Position numbers and translations under genes: made by a program
Source of the DNA: the human T2T-CHM13v2.0 reference genome, Homo sapiens
Length of the DNA stretch: 64,000 nucleotides
NCBI RefSeq assembly: GCF_009914755.1
Contig: NC_060937.1
Direction: 5' to 3' (one strand)
The notes under the pieces: generated by a model
Databases searched by the model: none
Told to the model about the DNA's origin: nothing
The model's input: the letters and a program-made list of their open reading frames with translations, nothing else
Shown here: one piece after another, positions 56,701 to 64,000 of the stretch
Position numbering within the stretch: the stretch's first letter is position 1
How the letters are laid out: every line of letters begins with the position of its first letter

Positions 56701-57197
56701 AGTCTAAAGGAAGATCTCTGGATTACAGCTTGACCAATAGAGAAGTGAGCCACAAGAGACTATTGCACAATGAAAATATTATACATATAATAAATGTTGG
56801 CACGATATGATCTCAGACTTGCTTTGGTAGGAATACTTGAGTAAGCCGGTTGGTGAGTTAGAAAGTTGTGATGAATGATATATTTGTGATGCAAGACAAA
56901 TATTACATTGAGTATATCTGTAAATATATTCCTCTGATTTCTAAAATGTAGACAGATTGTACAATTTTTCGATTCAAGGACTTTTTAAAGGTAAACATTA
57001 GAAGCAGCCTAATGCTAATTTCTTTCCCTGTCTTTTCTAAAAGTATAAATAATGGGATAGATTATGTAATGGGTCTGTAGTTAGGAAGAGAGAGAGAAAT
57101 TGCAGCAAGGCAAGACAGACAATTTTTGGAGATTATGAAGGTGAATATCTTTAGTGACAACGTTAAATTTTACATGAGCCCTGTACTCCTGTAAAAC

Positions 57198-58030
57198 TGT
57201 GAAGGCTAAAAAATACCCCAATCCTTTGTGTCTCCTAAAATGGCTACTGCAGAGGACCACACTTTCCCATGTGACTTAGATAAGACTCATGGATGCCTCA
57301 CTTGTTTATTTATGACAATGCCAGACACAGATCCTCCAAATTCTCATTATTTGTCTCATAAATGATAGCTAAACTGTTTGTCCTTGCTGATCAATGTGAA
57401 CAAAATGTTTGTCAACTAAACTTTGGTTAAGATTCTTTCCTTCCTCCAGGACCTTGCACCGTGGCCGACTCTCAGCCTGAGTCAGACTGCCAACTTCTTC
57501 TGAGATAGGCTGGCTTCCATTGACATTCTCTGATTTACTGGGCCAAACTGATCTACTCCCCACATTGGGATGTTCCTAGTCTTATTTACTCCTCTCTTTA
57601 AAAAATGAAAACAAAAACAAACAACAAAAACAATCGCCTCTTTGACATTTGTGAAACATTTGTCCCTCAGTATCTGTTGGGGATTGGTTTCAGGACCCCC
57701 TGCAAATACCAAAATCCACGGATGTTCGAGTCTCTGACATAAAATGGTATAGTATTTGTATATAACTTATGTTCATTCTCCCATAAACTTTAAAGAATCT
57801 CTTTTATTGTTGTATTGTTTCTATTTACTTATTTATTTATTATTTATTTTTGATCCACGGTTGGTTGAATCTGCGGATATGGAACCTGCAGATACCGAGA
57901 TTGCACGTGTGGATCTGAGGGTTACAGCTTTCTCCCGACTGTGAAGTCCCTATTCTTCCTTGCAATAATCCTTTTGCATAAGTGTCTTGTGTAAGTCCTG
58001 ATTTATTTTATTTCTTTATTTTAAAATTGA
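57198..58030 (+). mobile_element. ERV1-class LTR (MER92-like, uncertain) interrupted by MER2
   Basis: 'atgtgacttagataagactcatggatg', 'ctaaactttggttaag', 'tcttccttgcaataatcctt'. Confidence 0.55.
57657..57899 (+). mobile_element. MER2 (Tigger2-derived), internally deleted
   Basis: 'gtccctcagtatctgttggggattggtttcaggacccc...ggttggttgaatctgcggatatggaacctgcagatacc'. Confidence 0.85.
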
Positions 58031-58199
58031 ACTGCAAAATCCCACTGACAAGGTGGTCTTTCTGATTTAATAAATGAATGAATGAATGAATGAATAAAAT
58101 GTATTGGTGGATTTTCAGGTGCAGGAAAGAGAGTTAATCAGACTGCTCACTTCATAGTGTGTAATCAGCAGCAGCATACCCAAGGTTCTTTCTTATTTT

Positions 58200-59700
58200 A
58201 TGGTTCTTTCTTTATCCCTTATTCCCACACAAATCTCTCCTAAATGCATCCGCATTAGCATGTCTTGATATAGGTTTTTGTCACTCTATATGGCTTTACA
58301 TAATTTACTTAAAATATATTTGATTTACATCTCATCCTAATTCTTAATTTTTTTCAGCACTGTTTTATCACCTATGGCTTTTGTCATATCCACTAATCCA
58401 TAGTTTACAAATACTGCATTGTATTCTTTACCATGAATCCCTAGCATCTTATTTAGCTATTCCCTATATACATATGTAGACTGTGAAAGTTGCCAAGTCA
58501 ATATATTTGTATGGAACTTTGTATACAGTTTACTAAAAAATTATCTGGCATATATAAAACCAAGGATAGTATAAATGTTTAGTTGAAGAACTTTATTTTA
58601 CTCAAGTTTACTAAATGAGCTTGAAAATTGTACAGAATAGTTGAAATAACCTCCAGCCTCACCACAAGTGAATAGGAGTTTCTTTCTCGTGAAATCCCTT
58701 CTAATTCATTATATTATATATAATTGTATCTTTTCAATACATTGGGTTTAGAATAGTAATATAACTTATATTAATTCTCATTTATAGGATTACTAGTGAT
58801 TTTAAGCATCTCTTTAAATACACATAGCTAATGGGATTTTCTTCTGCAAAACTTTCTATTTATATATTTTTTTCTTGCTTTGTAGATTTCTTTTTATATT
58901 ATAGAAGTAAATTTTTGGTGTTTTAAGATGTGGCAAATTTTTTTTTAATTTATTACCCAGTCTACATCATCTTTTCGTTAATTTAATCCTTCATTTTGAG
59001 GTAACCAAATCTAAAAAAATCACTCATCTTTCGTACTTTGGAAAAAAAATTTGTTCTGATGAAAATATATTTTTACATTATTGCCTATTAAGTTTATATT
59101 ATATTCTTTTACATTTGGTCTTTAATTAACTTATGGCTCACTTGGATGTGTGGCAAAAGCAGGATCTTGCCTTATCTTTGGCCATGTTTGAGATGGTTTT
59201 CTCAATGCTAACTAATTTACGTCTTATATCTCATTCATTTTTCTAATTTTTCCATTTATGTATTTTTTCTTGAGCTCTCTATTTTGTTCAGGAGCTTATT
59301 TATATCTAAGCCAAGACTGAACTGTTTTCATAGCAATGACTCTTTGAATGTCACAATATCTGGTATGTTCAAATCTTTTTTCTTTGCCTTGTTTCTGAAA
59401 ATTCACACAGCTATTCCTTTGTGTTTATTTTTTGGCATAGATTTTAGAAATTGTTTGTTAAGAGCCTAAAACAAATAACCAAATTAAAACATCATGGGGG
59501 TATTTTGTAAATGCATTTGGAATTGACAAAAAAGCAAAATAAATTCATTAGAGCTGATATTATGGCAAATTTTTCCCATTTTTTAAATATACTTTAGAAT
59601 ATAATAGAGTACTAAAATTTCTCTTTTCATTTTCGATACATTCTTGTTATTTTTTCTCCATAAGGAAGCAATATTTAAACCCCAGGATAGAATAAAATAT
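58200..59700 (-). mobile_element. L1ME-like fragments
   Basis: Degenerate T-rich L1M sequence, e.g. 'attactagtgattttaagcatctctt'. Confidence 0.5.
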
Positions 59701-61120
59701 TATAGTGTTTTTCTAAAATGCAAACCTTTTCACATCAATATTCTTTGATTCTTCTTACTTTATTGTCACTTACTGATTTTGCTTCTCAAATAATTTAAAA
59801 TTGTTTATGATTCCTTTTAGGTTACCAAATAACAGTGGTCATCAGAGAAAATACAGATATTAGAAACAAACTGTAAGTATAATCTATATTCTACTACCAC
59901 AGAACAACTATCTTTAACTTTTAAATTTTATTTCAGTTATTATTTCGACTCACAGATTTCTCCAGTGATTTACAAGGTATATTTCCTTTTATTTATTTTT
60001 TCTTAAATTTTACAACTCAAAAAGTTTGGAAATATTTCTGCAGTCCATATTTTTTAAATTCCTAAGATAAATAAATAAATATATGTATATATGTAAACAT
60101 TGTCATATATCTAAATTATAGTAAGTGTTACTCAGGTAAATAAATACATGAAATTTTACCTATGTCTTTATTATATTTTCTGAAATTTGCAGTTCTTCTT
60201 AGGAACAAGAGTAACAATCTAAGATTAGGTTAAAGGAAATGTTTAATATACTATAAACATGCAAAGTCACTTATCTTGGGCCCAATTTATCATACTTTCT
60301 ATGAAAATAATATGGAAAATGGAAACCATTAAAACAACTTATTTTTGTGTCTTTCTTGCATCCATGTAAGCATTGAGTTCAAATCAGTGCAAATCCTCTC
60401 ACATGGATAAAAGATTACCTGATTAAGTTATTTGCAGTGGATCAAATAGCATTAAAGAAAAGTAATTCATCTCTACAATCTTAGTAGGCAAATTATATTT
60501 ACTCAAGGATATATAACAAAACTGATAAGGGACAATTACACGAGATTTCCATAACAAAAATAATCTTTATCAGTCAGTAAATTTAAACATCACTGTCTGC
60601 CTATGATAAACAAACAGCTATATATTTACTCTGTTAATGTAATGAAAACCCTATTATAGAGCACTGTACTTTGTCATGTTTCTTTATTTTCTAATATGGT
60701 TGCATGTTAGTTTTTATGCATATAATTACACATTGAAAGTAAAATCTGAAGACATACTGCCAATAACCTGAAAGAAGTTGTAATTTAATTTAAAATGAAC
60801 CTCTTAGGCTTGCCACACTTTGTGAAACTAACCTGTGGTTTCCAAGAAATCGATAATGTTCAATCAGAATCTTTAAGCATACAAACTACTATAATTTGTT
60901 ATTTGTTACTTTAGTCAAAGAGAATTAATACAAGCATAGCCTTAAAACATTTTGCTTCTTTCCAGCTCTCATTATACAATATTTATGTCAAAACAAAAGA
61001 AATAGTCTCCAGGAGAAAATATCATGGAAACATAGAAAATAGGAATTATAACTGTTTAGTGAGTATTTGTATAATGATATGCTTTTTACCAGGTAATTGT
61101 TACTTATCTAAAACATAGCA

Positions 61121-62600
61121 TGTTATCAGTTGAATGTTGCCACCCTCTCCAATTCATATATTGAAGTCCTAATCTCCAGTACTTGAGAATGTGATCTTAT
61201 TTGGAAATAGATTATTGCGGACATACAGTTGTTCTTTAAACAATATGGGTGTTAGGGGTACTGGCCCTCCACACAGTTGAAAATCTATATATAATTTTGA
61301 CTCTCTCAAAACTTAACTAATAACCTACTGTTGACCAGAAGACTTACCAATAACATGCCTAACACATATTTTGTATATGTATTATTTACTATATTCCTAC
61401 AATAATGGAACCAAGAGAAAATTGTGGAAGAGAAAACATATTTACTGTTCATTAAGGTCTTCATCCTCATTGACTTCACATTGAGTAGTTTGAGAAGGAG
61501 GAAGGATAGGAGGGCTTGGTCTTGTTCTCTCAAATGTGGCAGAGGCAGAAGAAAATACACATATAAGTGGACCTGCGCAGTTCAATCCTGCATGGTTCAA
61601 GGGTCAACTGTAATTAGTAAAGATGAGGTCATACTGGTGTAGAGTTGTTCCCTAATCCAATATGACTGTTGCTCTTATAGAAGGAGGAAATTTGGAACAG
61701 ACACGTACACAGGGAGAATATCAAATGAAGATTAGAGTTATGCTGTCACAAACCAAGGAACCACCAGAAGCTAGAAGAAATAGCTAGAACTGATCATTCT
61801 CTGGTGTTTTAGAGGGAGCATGGCCTTTCGGACACCTTGATTTTGGACTTCTAGCCTCCAGAACAGTGAGAAAATACATTTTGGTTGTTTAAGCTTCCTG
61901 GTTCGTGGTACTTTGTTACTTCAGGCCTAGCCAGTTAATACAGATTTTGGTACCAAGAAGTGTGGTGCTTCTATAACAAATTCCTAAAAATGTGAAAGTG
62001 GTTTTGGGATGGGGTAATATTGTAGGCTGGGAGAGCTTTGTGGTGCATAATAGGAAAAACCCAGATTGCTTTGAAGAGACTGTTGCTAGAAATATGAGTG
62101 TTAAAGAGATATCTGCTGAGGTCTCAGACAGGAACGAGGAACATGTATGGGAAACTGGTGGAAAAAGATAATCTTGTTATAAAGTGGTGAGAACTTGGCT
62201 ATTTTATGAAAAGTAGAACTTGTAAATTGATGAGCTAGTTTCTCTTTGCTGCTCATAGTAAAATGAGAGAGGAAAGAAATAAAATCTGGTTTTCTTTTTT
62301 AAGCAAAAAAGAACCAGAACTTGATAAATACTTAGACTATCCATATTGCAAATAATAATAATAATAATAAAAATAATAATGAAATAAAAAAAAGAGAGAG
62401 AAAATGTGCTCTGGAAATCTGTGTTTCCACAGCCAGGAAATGGGCTGATTGAGCCACCCCCTATGAACATGTATCCTTCAAGAGAGATAAGAACGATCCT
62501 CAAAGTGGATCAGGATCTGGCTCCGGCTGGGTTCCCATGGGCAGAGGTACCTCTTTGGTTTCTGAGAGCAGGGCCACCAACGAGGGACTACAGAACTTAA
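61121..62600 (+). mobile_element. MLT1B-like LTR (61121-61942) plus the start of its internal region
   Basis: 'gaatgtgatcttatttggaaatag', 'ggacttctagcctccagaac...taataca|gattttggtaccaagaagtg'. Confidence 0.85.
61226..61610 (+). mobile_element. Tigger2a/MER28 inserted in the MLT1B LTR
   Basis: cagttg...caactg TIRs with TA duplication at 61224-61225 and 61611-61612. Confidence 0.88.
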
Positions 62601-64000
62601 AAACAAATCAGTAAATCGCAATAATCTATAAAGTCTAGAGGTTTTATGATAGTCCTTTTTCAGAAATAACGTTATGCAAGTACTGTTTATTCAGCATACT
62701 GGGTGCTTTTTATAGGTTAAAAGGAGAACATTTTTGTCTCTTTATCATCTTTTATCATCCAGACGCTTCCTCTATTAGCAGACAGAAAATGCCTTTTTTT
62801 TCTAAAAGCTCATCACTATAATTGTATTAGATAAGACTTGGAGAAAAAGAGTTAACAAAAAGTTAACCTTGAGGTGACTCAAATTTAAAATACAGAAAAG
62901 AAAATGGTGGGCGATTGTATTAAGAAATATAGTATAGCGATAGAAGCGTTTTCCATCAACAATATTTTCCAAGGTTGGGATGATAAAATAAAACTTTTGA
63001 GCATCCAATGAAACGAGCTTATTCAGAAACAGAGTAGTTTTGCTGAAACATGAGAGAAATGTCTCCCTTAGTAAGCCCCGTGTTTGTCATACTGCTGTGC
63101 ATCTGAGGTATGTAGAAGGAATATGCACTATAAATCAAACTGTCAAGGAACTTTCAAACCCAGTGCTAAATATGATTCATTTCAGCAAGACATTTAAAGC
63201 TAATACAGTATAAAGTTGAAAAAAAAGGTCTAAAATACACGGCACGGTACACTAATTTAAAAAAACACATGAAAATTAATGTTTAAAGTATCTGGCATAA
63301 TTAAATGTCATGTTATATATTTTATTATTATGTTGATACAAAAGAAAAAAATTCCAAAGTAATGGTGTGGTTTTCTTGATGAGTTAAAATATCATCCTTG
63401 ACATTTTCTCTTAAATATGAAATATTATAGTAATAACCAAATGCTTGTTCAAATTAAACATACAGATAAGACTATACTGAAAATATGTAATTTATTGTCC
63501 AATGCAGTGTTAGGTGAAGGACTAGCCTTTGGGTAGAGGGTCCATGAGTGGCAGTAAAAAATCCTTCAAAGACACAAATTCTATAATAGATTTTGCAATA
63601 TACTGAGGAATTTTTCATGACTCAGGAATAAATTTCCATGAAACATCAGAGATTTCTCTAGCTAATAGGGTGTGTCTGAATGGTTTGGTAACTTTCTTGG
63701 TGTGTCAATTTTAAGGATTGTGGACCAATGTAATTTATACCTAGAGTGAAGATTCTCATCTTTTCCTTTGAAGGACTTCAGTGAAATTTAACGATATCAT
63801 CGTTCTCACTCTACAAATGTAGCTTTAAAATACTCAATTTATTTATGTATATTATCCACACACTGTCACAGAAAGTTAACTCTTCAATGTTGTCAGACAT
63901 TGCCATTTATGTCAAATATTTTGCAGGCAAAGATTTTGTAAAATGCTAATACAATGAAGTGTTAATTTAGCAAAGGCCTTTAATGTTTTTATTCACTCTG

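Overview
This is AT-rich, gene-free mammalian DNA made almost entirely of transposon fossils. It is human: it carries Alus and an L1 with the human-specific Ta diagnostic bases. I found no credible host coding exon, RNA gene or CpG island. Main contents: (1) a near full-length, decayed ERVL provirus on the minus strand (2476-8435: gag, pro, RT, RNaseH, IN, dUTPase, no env) whose 5' MLT2 LTR is missing, with its PBS joined directly to the 3' LTR of a complete MST MaLR provirus (8436-10850); (2) a dense block of solo LTRs and nested insertions at 18-33 kb; (3) an L1 cluster at 37-46.4 kb, including an L1HS-Ta (Ta-0 type) insertion with an inversion plus a ~1.6 kb internal deletion that creates a new 427-codon chimeric ORF; (4) Alus, MIR/L2/CR1 fragments, DNA-transposon MITEs and microsatellites. 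I do not see firm evidence of a new biological system. The best candidates for follow-up are the ERVL-MaLR fusion, the rearranged L1HS, a composite THE1 LTR inside one TSD, and an unassigned ~100 bp hairpin at 14.0 kb. Subfamily names come from recalled consensus sequences and need Dfam/RepeatMasker confirmation.
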